This document shows, in pieces, positions 19,841 to 29,366 of a DNA stretch of 64,000 bases. The notes beneath the pieces are model-generated. The model was not told where the DNA came from and did not search any database. It saw only the letters and a program-made list of their open reading frames with translations. The stretch comes from an uncultured Chloroflexia bacterium (GTDB lineage Bacteria; Chloroflexota; Limnocylindria; Limnocylindrales; CSP1-4), in contig CAWIPU010000002.1 in the NCBI GenBank assembly GCA_963838115.1, positions 203,642 to 267,641 of the forward strand. The letters are read 5' to 3'. Position numbers and translations under genes: made by a program. Positions within the stretch are counted from its first letter, which is position 1. Each line of letters begins with the position of its first letter.

Positions 19841-20956
19841 CTACTCGATGGTGATGTCCCAGTTGGCGGTCAGGTACTCCTGGGCCGCAGCGATCTGCTC
19901 CTGGGTCAACTGGACGGGCGTGCCCGAGACGGTCGCGAGCATGTCGAGCGCCTCCTGGTCGACCGTCCCGTCAGCGATGAGCTTGTCCTGCAAGACAGGA
20001 CGTGCGAAACCTCTGAGCCAGATGTTCTGCCCCTCGGGCGAGTAGATGTACTCCTGCCAAAGACGCGCCGCAGCGGGGTGCGGTGCGTCCTTGTTGATGG
20101 CCTGGATGTAGAAGGAGGCCACCGGCGGGGCATCGCTTGGGATGGTGACCTGCCAATCGACCTGGCCTTCCAGCGCACTCGTCTGGGCAGCATTCGTGTA
20201 TTCCCAGTCGATGACACACGGCGTCTGGCCGGATGCGATCGTCGCGGGGCTTGGATCGACAGGCAGAAGGTTGCCCGCATCGTTGAGTTGCTTGAAGAAG
20301 TCGACACCCGGGGCGATGTCGTCAGCAGAGCCGCCGTTCGCGAGGGATGCCATGACCACGCCGTTGAAGCCCGCGCCTGCGGTCGTGGGGTTGCCGTTCA
20401 GCGCGACCGCACCTGCGTACTCAGGCTTCAGGAGGTCGGCCACGGTCGTCGGCAGGGCCACCCGCCCAACGTCGCAGCCGATCGACATGAATCCCGTGTA
20501 GTCGCTGACCCACAGGCCGCTCGCATCCTTTAGGTTGTCGGGGATATCTGCCCATGCGGCAGTCATGTATGGAGCGTAGAGGTCGGTGTTCGCGTACGCG
20601 ATGGTCTGACCCAGGTCCAGGACGTCTGGAGCGGCGTCAGTGCCCGCCAGATTGTTGACGGCGTCGATCTCTTGCTGGCTGTTGGCGTCCGGCTGGTCCG
20701 ACTGCACGGTGATGCCGTACTTGGCCCCGAAGGCATCGATCATCTCGCCGTAGTTCGCCCAGTCGGGCGGTAGTGCGATGACGTTGAGCGTCCCCTCCGC
20801 CTGCGCGGCGGCCACGAGGCCATCCATGCCCCCGAAGTCATCGGCTGAAGTCGCCGTCGCGCTGTCGGTCTGAGCGAAGGCTGGACTGACGGCTGCGACC
20901 ACGAGAACGGATGTCGCGGCCACCATCCCGAGGGCGCGAGTTCTTTTCCACTCCAT
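19841..20956 (-). CDS. ABC transporter substrate-binding protein (PotD/PotF-like family)
   Basis: signal peptide MEWKRTRALGMVAATSVLVVAAVSPAFA; AGGAGGA RBS; first gene of the SBP-permease-permease-ATPase-PHP operon. Confidence 0.8.
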   Translation of the reverse strand: MEWKRTRALGMVAATSVLVVAAVSPAFAQTDSATATSADDFGGMDGLVAAAQAEGTLNVIALPPDWANYGEMIDAFGAKYGITVQSDQPDANSQQEIDAVNNLAGTDAAPDVLDLGQTIAYANTDLYAPYMTAAWADIPDNLKDASGLWVSDYTGFMSIGCDVGRVALPTTVADLLKPEYAGAVALNGNPTTAGAGFNGVVMASLANGGSADDIAPGVDFFKQLNDAGNLLPVDPSPATIASGQTPCVIDWEYTNAAQTSALEGQVDWQVTIPSDAPPVASFYIQAINKDAPHPAAARLWQEYIYSPEGQNIWLRGFARPVLQDKLIADGTVDQEALDMLATVSGTPVQLTQEQIAAAQEYLTANWDITIE

Positions 20957-21446
20957 GTGATTCCTCCTGCGGGGACGAACCAGTCGTCCCGGTCCTGTTC
21001 AGCCGATCCGGGATGCACTTCACCCGGTGAGCTGCGTGAGCGTCGGCACCCGACGCTATGCCCCCCAGACTCCGCTTCCAATGTTAACGCCATATTTCCT
21101 CATCGAAGACGTGGCGTCCACACGATCCGCGACCTGCCGTTGGCTGCTGTCTGGCCGGACGCTCCGGGTCGCAGGCATGAAGGCCAGGGCTTGACGACGC
21201 CGGTCGCCTCGGCGAGTTCGACATGTCCTCGGGGCGGATGATGACAACAGAAGCGGGCCGTGTGGCCCGGCGGCGCCGAGTTCACCGTGCGGCTCCATCG
21301 GCGTTCGGGTGAAGGACCGGCGCGCACCGAATAGCGCCGGCGTGTCCCGGTCTCCGACCTCTGTCGGGGTCGAGTCGAACCACGCAGCCGTTCGGTCGAC
21401 CCGCGTCCTCGTCGTCCCCTCGTGCGGGTGGACCTGACATGCGCTG

Positions 21447-22368
21447 TCATGCGATCGGCTTTCGCCTGTGACTGGGCACAGCCGCTTCCGAGCCGAACAT
21501 CCGGACAGCGACATCGACGGCCGTCGTCATGGGAAGCGACGGGTAGGCGGCGCGCAGGGACGGACCATCGACGCTCATGTCTCGCCCGTCCATCACCAGC
21601 GCAGCCGAGATTTGTGCGCTGAGCACGGGCTTGAATGGGCGAGTCACGACTCGGGCCAGACGCATCGCGACCGGGGGAACGTGCCGGATATGGCCCGGCC
21701 GGCCGATCGCGGAATCCCGCCACCCTGGCGAGCTCATCCAGGGTCAGGTTCTGCGGCCCAGGGACCTCGATGGCGGTGCCGCGCAGGTCCGGCTCCACGA
21801 TCGCCCGCTTGACGAACTCCGCCACATCCACGGCCGACACGAAGTTGATCGGGTTCCGACCCCTCCCGAAAACGCGCGTCGTGCCAGAGGTCGCGAGCGG
21901 AACGCCCAGGAGGCCGAGCCAGGTCTCGAGATAGGCGGTCGGACGGATGATGGTCCAACTGAGCCCGGATGCCCGCAGGGCTTCTTCGGCGGCCCACTTG
22001 TCGCACAGCATCAGCATCGGGTGGTCCGCAGCGGCTTGGTGGATCGAGAGCAGCACGAAGTGGCTCACGCCCGCGGCTCGTGCCGCGTCGATCAGGCGCA
22101 GGTTGCCGTCACGGTCGACCGCGCGTGTCCCGAGTGGATCGCGTCCCCCGAAGCCGCTCATCGCCGAGACGACGGCGTCCACGCCTGCCATCGCGACATC
22201 GAGGGTGCCCGCGTCGCGGACGTCGCCGGTCACGACCTCTACGTCGTCACCGGCGATCCCGTCCGAGACGGGGTGTCGCGCGAGTACGCGCACGCGACGA
22301 CCGCTCCCTACGAGCATGGGGATGAGCAGTCGGCCGAGCGTCCCGGTCCCACCCGCGAGCAGGATCAC
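21447..22368 (-). pseudogene. NmrA-like / NAD(P)H-binding atypical SDR, disrupted by a 1-nt frameshift near 21690-21705
   Basis: frame A (from GTG 22368) encodes VILLAGGTGTLGRLL...LTLDELARVAGFRDRPAG, then the family-typical continuation HIRHVPPVAMRLARVV... continues in frame B (track ORF 21447..21737) after the GC run GGCCGGCCGGGCC; the rest of frame A is Arg-rich junk. Confidence 0.55.
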
Positions 22369-22853
22369 AGCCGCGTCTCGACAGCGTCGGGACCTGGTGC
22401 CCCGGCCGATCCTGTGCTGCCCTCGGGACCGGAGCGAGTGAGGTTCAGTCGCGCGGCCTCGTCGGCATCCGGTCCTGCGATCTCGACCGGTTCGAGGTAG
22501 AAGCGTGCCCACGTGGCCTCGCCATCCTCGACCCCGAAGATGATGACGCCCCGGAGCAGATGGGGCTGGCCGTCGCGTCGCGTGCCGCGCATGTCCCATT
22601 CCGACCACACGGCCGTGTCATCCGCGATCCAGGTCACGTCCGCTCTCAGATCCGGTACGGCCGCGAACATCTGATTCCAATTCCGTCGCACTTGCGCTCG
22701 CCCCGTGAACCCGCGATCAGGGTGCGCTGGCGTCTCGTTGCGATAGTCCATCGCGAAACACGACACCAGGGCGTCGATGTCATGGTCATTCGTCGCCTGG
22801 AGGAGCCGCTCGACCACGGCCCCCGGCCCTGACTGCGTCCGCGGTGCCTCCAC
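22365..22853 (-). CDS. NTF2-like / SnoaL-like domain protein
   Basis: AGGAGG RBS 7 nt upstream of a GTG start; VVERLLQATNDHDIDALVSCFAMDY NTF2-like pattern; 4-nt overlap with the downstream NmrA-like gene. Confidence 0.6.
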   Translation of the reverse strand: MEAPRTQSGPGAVVERLLQATNDHDIDALVSCFAMDYRNETPAHPDRGFTGRAQVRRNWNQMFAAVPDLRADVTWIADDTAVWSEWDMRGTRRDGQPHLLRGVIIFGVEDGEATWARFYLEPVEIAGPDADEAARLNLTRSGPEGSTGSAGAPGPDAVETRL

Positions 22854-22886
22854 GATGCTGCCTCCTATGCTTGTCCCGTATCTGGT

Positions 22887-22898
22887 ACAATTAACTGT
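22887..22898. promoter_or_regulatory. imperfect palindrome ACAATTAACTGT in the AT-richer divergent promoter region (candidate TetR operator)
   Basis: 10/12 self-complementary, sits between the divergent TetR gene and the NTF2-like/NmrA operon. Confidence 0.3.
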
Positions 22899-22913
22899 AA
22901 TGGATACAGCACT

Positions 22914-23585
22914 ATGGACCTGAAAAGCAGGGCCGTCAAGCCGAAGCGCAATTACGATGCCACCGGACGCCGTCGCCAGGCGGCACGCAACCGGGAGGCC
23001 ATCATCGAAGTCGCTCGACGGGTATTCCTGGCGGAGGGCTATGCGGCGGCCACCGTGTCCCGGATCGCGGCGGACGCGGGTGTCTCGGTCGAGACGATCT
23101 ACAAGGCGTTCGGTGGCAAGCCCGGCCTGGTTCGATCCATCTGGGAGCGTGGGCTCGAAGGGGCAGGACCCATCCCCGCGGAACGTCGATCGGACGCCAT
23201 GCGGACGGGGGAGACCGACGTGCGCAGGATCATCGAGAACTGGGGCAGGCTGACGACGGAGGTCGCACCGCTCACCGCACCGATCATGCTCCTCGCGAGG
23301 GATGCGGCCATCTCCGATCCCGAACTCGCCGGGCTCCTGAAGCAGGCCGAGGACGCGCGACTGGCGCGCATGGAGCACAACGCGCGTGACCTCCTCGAGC
23401 GAGGACTGCTGCGACCCGGCATCACGCTGGCACAAGCTCGTGACGTGCTGTGGACCTACAGCTCGGCCGAGCTCTACGAGCTGCTGGTCGTGCGCCGAGG
23501 ATGGCCGATCGAGCGCTACGGCCGCTTCGTCGCGGCTGGGATCATGGCCGCCCTGCTGCCTCCCGCTGTCGGCCCGGTCGCCTGA
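22914..23585 (+). CDS. TetR/AcrR family transcriptional regulator
   Basis: N-terminal HTH REAIIEVARRVFLAEGYAAATVSRIAADAGVSVETIYKAFGGK. Confidence 0.8.
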   Translation: MDLKSRAVKPKRNYDATGRRRQAARNREAIIEVARRVFLAEGYAAATVSRIAADAGVSVETIYKAFGGKPGLVRSIWERGLEGAGPIPAERRSDAMRTGETDVRRIIENWGRLTTEVAPLTAPIMLLARDAAISDPELAGLLKQAEDARLARMEHNARDLLERGLLRPGITLAQARDVLWTYSSAELYELLVVRRGWPIERYGRFVAAGIMAALLPPAVGPVA

Positions 23586-23845
23586 CCGACTCGAGAGTGG
23601 CCCATCGCGCGGCCTCGTCGGATGTCGACACCAACGGATGGATCGTCGACCGTCGGCGCGATGCTCTTGTCCTGGACCCTTCCCGCCGGAGGCGTTAGGC
23701 GCACCGAGGACCGCGGACGACGGCCTGCCAGCGCCGGCCGTCGAGCGAGACGCCGCAGCCGGCGCACGCGACCTGGTGGCGCAGGCCGTCGGGGATGGTG
23801 CGTCTCGCACCAGATGACACCCGAGCACTGGGCGGGCCCTGGCGG

Positions 23846-24437
23846 TCATGGCTTCTTGTCGAAGCCAGAGGGCAGCTGACCCGGGCTTATAACCGTGTCC
23901 AGGTCCGGTGCGCCAGCAGGACTATCGGTAGCCGTGACGCCCTGGGCGGATGCGGACCCTGAGCGATCGATAGAATCGCTCCGAATCCGATGAAAGAGCC
24001 GGCGGCTAACGCCGAGGAACTCGTGGCGGGCCAGGGGATCCAACGCGGCCAGGGGCTCGTCGAGGAGCAGGCTCGGGGCATGCGTCCCCAGAGTGAGGCA
24101 GAGGCCACCTGCGCCGCCTGGCCACCTGACAGTGATCCCGCCTTCTGGTCGAGCGGGATGGCTAGCTGCCCGAGCCGTTCCCGGGCCGACGCACGATCGA
24201 AGCCCGGCGCATGGTGGCCGCGAGGCCGACATGATCGGCCACTGTCAGCCCGCGGTAGAGCGAACTCGACTGCGAAAAGTAGCCGACGCGCGCCAGGGCT
24301 CGGGCGCCATCCTGGGGTCGAGGGACGTCACCGCACCGCCAGTGCAAAGACTCGCCCACATCCTGGCCGTCACGCCGACTTCGAAGCGATGTCGCCCTTC
24401 GATGCTCGTCGCGGTGATCCTGCAGGCGGTCGTTCAC
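23846..24437 (-). pseudogene. ABC transporter ATP-binding protein remnant
   Basis: Q-loop-like RVGYFSQSSSLYRGLTVADHV (track ORF 24162..24437) and Walker B/D-loop LLLDEPLAALDPLARHEFL (23846..24232) lie in different frames; no Walker A; abuts the stop of the DHFR-family gene. Confidence 0.4.
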
Positions 24438-25075
24438 CGCGCCAGCACGACATGCGTGGCGCGCTCGGTCGGCACGTGTTCCGTGGTGTGATATCCAAGA
24501 GAGCGAAGATCGATGCCATCGAACAGCGCTTCGCCCTGACCGAGCACCACGGGCGCCACCGCCAGATGGATCTCGTCGACAAGGCCTGCGCGGATGTACT
24601 GCCGTACGGTCTCGACGCCGCCGCCGATCTTGATGTCCTTCAGCCCCGCTGCCTCCCGGGCACGCTGCAGCGCAACCTCGATGCCATCGGTGATGAAGTG
24701 GAAGGTCGTGCCGCCGTCCATCTCGATCGACGCGCGCGGATGGTGCGTCAGCACGAAGGTCGGCGCGTGGTAGGGCGGGTCGTCACCCCACCATCCTCTC
24801 CAGTGATCGTCCGGCCATTCGCCGCGGATCGGGCCGAACATGTTGCGTCCCAGGATGAAGGCACCGAAGCCGTCCATGGCGCGCCTCGCGAATCCGTCGT
24901 CGGGGCCGGTATCGCCGCCGCTCTCTCCCTGCATCTCGCGGAAGGTGCGCGTGGGAAAGAACCACCCGAACAGTTCTGGGCCCCGCTTGCCCAACGGGTC
25001 CTCCGGACTCTGCTCCGTTCCCGCCGCGTAGCCATCGATCGATACTCCGAAGCCCGCGACCCGGATCCTTGTCAT
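24434..25075 (-). CDS. dihydrofolate reductase family protein (RibD C-terminal domain)
   Basis: MTRIRVAGFGVSIDGYAAG ... KDIKIGGGVETVRQYIRAGLVDEIHLAVAPVVLG family pattern. Confidence 0.75.
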   Translation of the reverse strand: MTRIRVAGFGVSIDGYAAGTEQSPEDPLGKRGPELFGWFFPTRTFREMQGESGGDTGPDDGFARRAMDGFGAFILGRNMFGPIRGEWPDDHWRGWWGDDPPYHAPTFVLTHHPRASIEMDGGTTFHFITDGIEVALQRAREAAGLKDIKIGGGVETVRQYIRAGLVDEIHLAVAPVVLGQGEALFDGIDLRSLGYHTTEHVPTERATHVVLAR

Positions 25076-25111
25076 CCTGTCCTCCCTTCGCGCCTGGCCG
25101 CCTGGTCGGCG

Positions 25112-25912
25112 TCAGCAGCAGTCCGCGCCGCCGCAGCAGCGCTGACCGGTCGCGACGCTGTCGACAGACCGGGCGGCCGGCGCGGCATCGCTGCGCTTGG
25201 TGGCCCGGACGATGGCGCCGTGCATGCCGTCGGCGACGTCATGCGTGGCGGTGACGCTCACATCCTCGAGACCGACATCCCGGAGCCCGCGCTCGAACTC
25301 TTCGAACGACAGGGCGCCGGCGATGCAGCCGACATAGCTGCCCCGCTCCGCGCGCTGCTCCGAAGTGAGGCCGTCGTCGGCGACGATGTCGGTGATGCCC
25401 ACCCGGCCGCCCGGCCGCAGCACCCGGGCGATCTCCCGGAACACCGCCGTCTTATCCGCGGCGAGGTTAACGACGCAGTTGCTGATGACGACGTCGATCG
25501 AGTCGGCCGGCAGCGGGATGGCCTCGATGTGACCCTTGAGCAGCACGATGTTGGTCACGCCTGACTCGGCGATATTGCGCGCCGCGAGCGCCAGCATCTC
25601 ATCGGTCATGTCCAGGCCGAACACGCGTCCGGTGGGTCCCACCCGTTTCGCGGAGAGCAGCACGTCGATGCCGCCGCCGGAGCCGAGGTCGAGCACCTGC
25701 TCCCCCTCGTGGAGGGCAGCGACCGCGATGGGGTTGCCGCAGCCGAGCGACGCGAAGACCGCGGCATCGGGCAGCTCGTCGCGCTCAAGGGCGCTGTACA
25801 GCCCGGCGCCGATACCCTCATCGGGGGCGCAGCAGGTGGCGGGCGCGTTGAGGACGCTGATCGCCGAGACGGCGTAGCGGTCCCGGACGAGCTCGTGGAT
25901 CTGGTCGGTCAT
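25112..25912 (-). CDS. arsM: arsenite S-adenosylmethionine methyltransferase
   Basis: [14 protein letters not shown], Cys pair [12 protein letters not shown] motif [35 protein letters not shown], conserved VGCIAGAL Cys, Cys-rich tail [10 protein letters not shown]. Confidence 0.8.
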   Translation of the reverse strand: MTDQIHELVRDRYAVSAISVLNAPATCCAPDEGIGAGLYSALERDELPDAAVFASLGCGNPIAVAALHEGEQVLDLGSGGGIDVLLSAKRVGPTGRVFGLDMTDEMLALAARNIAESGVTNIVLLKGHIEAIPLPADSIDVVISNCVVNLAADKTAVFREIARVLRPGGRVGITDIVADDGLTSEQRAERGSYVGCIAGALSFEEFERGLRDVGLEDVSVTATHDVADGMHGAIVRATKRSDAAPAARSVDSVATGQRCCGGADCC

Positions 25913-25940
25913 GGCGATGGACTCCCGGTGGCGAGGACGT

Positions 25941-25978
25941 CTATATCGAATATTGCCAATATAGGTGATGGTCGATAC
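25941..25978. promoter_or_regulatory. AT-richer palindromic segment upstream of arsM (CTATAT-N12-ATATAG; TATCGA...TCGATA)
   Basis: locally low GC in a ~70% GC background, with inverted repeats seen directly; candidate operator/promoter. Confidence 0.25.
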
Positions 25979-26129
25979 CCAACACGATGCTGCGCTCGAC
26001 CGACCCCGACGTGCTCCTGCTCCAGGCTGACGGGGGTCCCTGCTCGACCGCTGGGCCGTCGAGGAGCCTGCGGTCGGTGCGGCTCCGATAGCGCGAAGCA
26101 TCTTGACCTCCATCCGAAAGAGCATCATG

Positions 26130-26396
26130 ATGCCATCCATGCGAACCACCTTGACGCTCGAGAGCGATGTCGCACGCCTCATCGACGAAGCGGTCCACCG
26201 GGAACGGCGCCCCATGAAACAGGTCGTCAACGACGCGCTCCGACGTGCCCTCACCCCGGAGACACAGAGGGAAAGGGTCACACTGTCGCCCCACGAGTCG
26301 GCCATCCGTACGGGCTTCGACCTTGCCAAGCTCAACCAGCTCGCCGATGACCTGGATGACGAAGCCATCCTCGACGCACCTCGACGCACAGAGTGA
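26130..26396 (+). CDS. vapB: type II antitoxin, VapB family
   Basis: MPSMRTTLTLESDVARLIDEAV... paralogue of 2122-2385; ATGA overlap with the downstream PIN gene. Confidence 0.6.
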   Translation: MPSMRTTLTLESDVARLIDEAVHRERRPMKQVVNDALRRALTPETQRERVTLSPHESAIRTGFDLAKLNQLADDLDDEAILDAPRRTE

Positions 26397-26851
26397 TCAT
26401 CCCCGACGTCAACTTGCTGCTCTATGCGACGGTCACCGGGTTCCCGAAGCACGAGCCCGCACGGGCATGGCTGGAAGATGCCCTCAACGGGTCGGACCTG
26501 CTCGGCCTGACCTCACCAGCCGTGTTCGGTTACATCCGGATCGCGACCAGCGGGCGCGTGTTCGAGTCGGCCATGTCGGTCGTCGACGCGACCGATCGCG
26601 TGCGGCTCTGGCTGGCCCAGCCGAATGTCAGGTTCGTCGTGCCCGGTCCGAGTCACCTTGAGATCGCATTCGGACTCCTGGAGGCGATCGGGACCGGGGC
26701 GAACCTGACGACCGATGTCCAGCTCGCGGCACACGCCATCGAGCTGAATGCCGAGCTCTTCTCCAACGACACCGACTTCGGTCGCTTCACCGGCCTGCGC
26801 TGGATCGACCCGCTGAGACACTCTCGGTCGCCAGGCGGCCCGTCGAGCTGA
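26393..26851 (+). CDS. vapC: PIN-domain toxin, VapC family
   Basis: MIIPDVNLLLYA ... NDTDFGRF; paralogous to 2372-2809. Confidence 0.7.
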   Translation: MIIPDVNLLLYATVTGFPKHEPARAWLEDALNGSDLLGLTSPAVFGYIRIATSGRVFESAMSVVDATDRVRLWLAQPNVRFVVPGPSHLEIAFGLLEAIGTGANLTTDVQLAAHAIELNAELFSNDTDFGRFTGLRWIDPLRHSRSPGGPSS

Positions 26852-27024
26852 AGCCGCAGGGTCGAGCAGAGACCCGCCCTTCGCGGGAAGGGTGCTCGGC
26901 ACGTACGAAGCAGATGGTGCCATTCGCCATGAGAGAGTGGTCGGGGCGAGAGGAGTTGGGACGACGATTTCGATGTCGCGGGGTCCCGAGATCGGCGAGG
27001 CCGCCATGGCCCGCACCAAAGAGG

Positions 27025-27222
27025 TCAGGCTCGACCCCGCAGAGCGTCGAAGGGGTTCTCGAGCACGACACCTGCGATCCGACGCCCTGCCTGCAGATCT
27101 TCGCTCAGAAGTCGCACGGCGCCCGCCCGTCGGGCAGCCTCGATGATCAGGGCATCCCAGAACGAGAAGGTTTCGCGGCCGTGCGTGCGCTGCTCGAGCT
27201 GCAACACGCGCAAGGGGTTGAG
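27025..27222 (-). pseudogene. C-terminal half of a PIN-domain toxin (N-terminal half missing)
   Basis: ...ETFSFWDALIIEAARRAGAVRLLSEDLQAGRRIAGVVLENPF typical PIN C-terminus; frame opens only 3 codons upstream of a TTG; no partner antitoxin. Confidence 0.5.
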
Positions 27223-27407
27223 TCAGCGGCGGCGGGGAGCGGGCCGGCGAGGTCGGTCTCGTCCTTGGCCATGTGCGGCCTGTCAGCCGGTGCCCGACCG
27301 ACCGACGAGCGATGGTGGCAGCACGCCGCGACCGGCGCCCCTATCCTGTCTGACACCATCGCCGGATGTCGCGGCTCGCGGTTCGCTGGTGGCACCGGGA
27401 GGGCCTG

Positions 27408-28916
27408 ATGGTCATCGAAGAGGAGCCGGCTCGACGCACGGACTCCCCCGACGTCGGACCGGAGGAGCGCCTGCGCATCGCCAAGCTCGCGGCCGGGATC
27501 GGCATCCACGAGTATCGGCCCGGGACCGGCGAGCTCCTGTGGGACGAGCGCGTGCGCGAGTTGTGGGGCATCGGACCCGACGAGGTGGTCACGTACGAGT
27601 TCTTCATGTCCGGGCTCCACCCCGACGACCGCGCGCCGACACAGGCGGTGGTGGACGCCGCGCTCGATCCAGCCGGCGATGGCGTCTACCGCGCCACCTA
27701 CCGCGTCATCTGCCGGGCCGACGGCGTGACCCGCTGGGTCGCGGCCACCGGGCACGTGACGTTCGAGGACGGCCGCCCTGTCCGCCTCGTCGGCACCGTC
27801 GCTGACATCTCCGAGTCAAAGCGCGTCGAAGCGGATCTGCGCGAGAGCGAGGACCGCTTCCGCTCCATGGCCGATGGGACGCCGGTGATGATCTGGGTGA
27901 CCGATCCGGTCGGGCGGCTCGAGTACGTCAACCGCGCCTATGAGGACTTCTTCGGCATCTCGATGGAGCAGATCCGCTCGGATGGCTGGCAGGCACTCGT
28001 CCATCCCGAGGACCGTGAGGCCTACGTGACGCCCTTCCTCACCGCGCTGCGGGAGCGGACTCCCTATCAAGCGCAGGGCCGGGTCGCGCGGGCCGACGGC
28101 GCGTGGCGCTGGATCGAGTCGTTCGGGGCGCCCCGCTTCGCACCCGACGGCACCTTCCTGGGGATGGCCGGCAGCAGCCCCGATATCAGCGAGCGCAAGG
28201 AGACCGAGGCCCGACTCCGTGATGCGCTGGCCGCTAAGGACCAGTTCGTCGGCTTCATCTCGCATGAGTTGCGGACTCCCATGACCGTCATCCTCGGCAT
28301 GAGCCAGCTCCTCGCCACCGCGGCGGTGCCGGAAGAACGGCGGCGCGAGCTCGCGGCCGACATCTACGCGAGCGCGCAGGAGCAAGATGCGATGATCGAG
28401 TCGCTGCTCGTCCTCGCGCAGCTGGGGCGTTCAGCCGAGCAGATGGAAGGGGAGCCGCTGCTCCTGGCTCGCCTGGTGGCCGACCTGCTCGAGCGCCACC
28501 ATACCGAGGACACTGCGCATGACTATCGGCTCGACCTCCGCAGCCCGGGCGCTATCGTCATGTGCCACCCGCCCTGGATCGAGCGGGTGCTGGCCAACTT
28601 GCTGAGCAACGCCGCCAAGTACTCGCCCAAGGGAGGCTCGATCACCGCCGTCGTCGAGGCCGTCGATGGCGAGGCGCGTGTCTCGGTCCTCGACGAGGGA
28701 CAGGGCATCGCACCCGACGAGGCCGAGCGGCTATTCGAGCCCTTCTACCGGAGTCCGTCGGTGCGGGAGTCGGTGCCGGGGGCCGGTCTCGGGCTCACCG
28801 TCTGCCAGCGCATCGTGGAGTCGATGGCCGGTCGCATGTGGGCGTACCCGGCCCCGAGCGGCGGGGCGGAGTTCGGCTTCGCTCTCCCGAGCGTGGGCGA
28901 GGACCTCACCGACTGA
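27408..28916 (+). CDS. PAS-domain sensor histidine kinase (cytoplasmic, orphan)
   Basis: two PAS-like segments, HisKA FISHELRTPM, HATPase NLLSNAAKY / GAGLGL; GGGAGGG RBS; no adjacent response regulator. Confidence 0.8.
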   Translation: MVIEEEPARRTDSPDVGPEERLRIAKLAAGIGIHEYRPGTGELLWDERVRELWGIGPDEVVTYEFFMSGLHPDDRAPTQAVVDAALDPAGDGVYRATYRVICRADGVTRWVAATGHVTFEDGRPVRLVGTVADISESKRVEADLRESEDRFRSMADGTPVMIWVTDPVGRLEYVNRAYEDFFGISMEQIRSDGWQALVHPEDREAYVTPFLTALRERTPYQAQGRVARADGAWRWIESFGAPRFAPDGTFLGMAGSSPDISERKETEARLRDALAAKDQFVGFISHELRTPMTVILGMSQLLATAAVPEERRRELAADIYASAQEQDAMIESLLVLAQLGRSAEQMEGEPLLLARLVADLLERHHTEDTAHDYRLDLRSPGAIVMCHPPWIERVLANLLSNAAKYSPKGGSITAVVEAVDGEARVSVLDEGQGIAPDEAERLFEPFYRSPSVRESVPGAGLGLTVCQRIVESMAGRMWAYPAPSGGAEFGFALPSVGEDLTD

Positions 28917-29030
28917 GAAGCAGTTAGCGAACGGGCGGGCGGAGGGACGGACGCTCATGCCGTAACGTGGGCGCAAGCTTCCACTTCGGGGTGTAGACCC
29001 GCCCGGCAGGTGTCGACGCGCAGACTTAAG

Positions 29031-29366
29031 GCCATGCGTGTCGTCATCGCCACCTTCCCGGATGGCGCCGGAGCGGAAGCGTTCCGACGTTCGCTACAGG
29101 ACGTCTATCACATCCCCGATCGGGCGGTCTCGGTGTCGACGGTCGCCGCTTGGGGAGAGTCATACCACGGCCATCGGCTCGTGGCAGTCTGGGTGCCACG
29201 GGGCCTCGAGGCCCCTGTCCGGCGCCGTGCGGAGCGACACGGGGCCCGACTGCACGAGCCTGCCGCCACCACGGTCCCGCCCCGCTGGATCACGGGGGAT
29301 CAGGGTGCCGGTGACGTCCATCTCGCTCCACGCCAAGAGATCGATGACCGACCTCGGTACTCGTGA
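29031..29366 (+). CDS. hypothetical protein (~111 aa)
   Basis: good GC3 bias; no recognisable motif; weak RBS. Confidence 0.3.
   Translation, partial: AMRVVIATFPDGAGAEAFRRSLQDVYHIPDRAVSVSTVAAWGESYHGHRLVAVWVPRGLEAPVRRRAERHGARLHEPAATTVPPRWITGDQGAGDVHLAPRQEIDDRPRYS

Noticed and set aside
21100-22608. 502-aa ORF taken as a single CDS
   Set aside because: Only residues ~81-300 resemble NmrA-like proteins. The N-terminal 80 aa and C-terminal ~200 aa are Arg-rich junk. The gene is better explained as a frameshifted pseudogene.
23990-25564. 524-aa ORF on + strand
   Set aside because: Antisense to the DHFR-family and arsM genes; low-complexity Arg/Ala/Gly composition
27143-27805. HNH-like CxxCNxRKG motif on the + strand at 27143-27220
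   Set aside because: It is the reverse complement of the start of a convincing 60-aa PIN C-terminal frame, and the rest of the + ORF is Arg-rich junk. It is kept only as part of the 55-bp shared repeat.
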